From NCBI RefSeq assembly GCF_006345805.1, contig NC_043000.1, forward strand, positions 139,624,001 through 139,688,000: DNA of 64,000 nucleotides, read 5' to 3'. The notes beneath the pieces are model-generated. The model made no database searches, was not told the origin of the DNA, and saw only the letters and a list, made by a program, of their open reading frames with translations. The position numbers and the translations under genes are program-made. This document shows, one piece after another, positions 63,241 through 64,000 of this stretch; position 1 is the first letter of the stretch, and the number at the start of each line of letters is the position of its first letter. Origin of the DNA: Octopus sinensis (Eukaryota).

Positions 63241-63539
63241 TGCAGTTCCTGAAGGGTGAATAACTGTGTTTGAATACATGTGTTTGGATGAATTAATTAC
63301 AGAGAATCACAAATGTCACAAGAATATTTTACTTTCTGTTCAGAGTCCAATGAACTATAACGAAAGGCAAGTCCATTAAAAAGTTACATAAAATGAACAG
63401 TAAAACGAGAGACGACACTTAAGTTACAGAAATTGCTGAACAATGAAAGATTTCTAGATATTTACACATACAAAGGCTACTAGCACGCACACACATGCAT
63501 ACATGTGCATACACAGACACACACACACACAAAGAGAGA

Positions 63540-63544
63540 GATAG

Positions 63545-63597
<53 letters not shown>

Positions 63598-63600
63598 CAT
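63540..63600. repeat. (GAAA)n/(GATA)n microsatellite
   Basis: Direct reading. Confidence 0.9.
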
Positions 63601-63700
63601 ATGGATGTACTTATATCCTCACTTTGGGTGAAATAAGGATGCATGCATATTTTGATGCGTGTTTAAATTCTTATTTTATCCAAACAGAAGGTTTTGTAAT

Positions 63701-64000
63701 ACTCTTTACTCTTTTATTTTTTTCAGTCATTTGACTGTGGCCATGCTGGAGCACCGCCTTTAGTCGAGCAAATCGACCCCAGGACTTATTCTTTGTAAGC
63801 CTAGTACTTATTCTATCAGTCACTTTTGCCGAACCGCTAAGTTACGGGGACGTAAACGCACCAGCATTGGTTGTCAAGTGATGTTGGGGGGTAAAACACA
63901 GACACGCAAACATATACACACACACATATATATATACATATATACGACAGGCTTCTTTCAGTTTCCGTCTACCAAATCCACTCACAAGGCACAAGGCTTT
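63701..64000 (-). mobile_element. SINE family A, cut by the window edge
   Basis: Reverse-complement match to family A. Confidence 0.85.

Overview
AT-rich, microsatellite-dense animal genomic DNA, dominated by nested transposable elements. The SINE/LINE repertoire suggests an octopus-like cephalopod; this is an inference from pattern recognition, not a database hit. Best-supported contents: (1) a near-full-length but frameshifted RTE-clade LINE (about 1.17-6.18 kb) with APE endonuclease, RT, an embedded PHD-like finger and a 3'UTR amplified into five ~340-440 bp units; (2) three 5'-truncated restriction-like-endonuclease (R4/Dong-type) LINEs at 37.5-42.7 kb, each bounded on both sides by (CATA)n in its own sense orientation, plus a fourth ending in (TAA)n; (3) a young 2.7 kb non-autonomous LTR element (591-bp LTRs, tRNA-Trp PBS) inserted in a SINE; (4) Penelope-like RT/GIY-YIG remnants, fold-back palindromes and minimal hammerhead-like motifs; (5) several tRNA-derived SINE families, a six-copy GGATC-TIR MITE, a piggyBac-like MITE, a TA-flanked long-TIR MITE and three non-autonomous Helitrons. 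A probable host gene starts on the minus strand at 58,834 (signal-peptide-like first coding exon, motif-rich promoter at ~59.3-59.5 kb), with a candidate recursive (AG|GT) splice site ~6.3 kb into its first intron. I could not name the gene. Most ORFs in the supplied track are microsatellite or antisense artefacts. All alignments and identities were done by eye.
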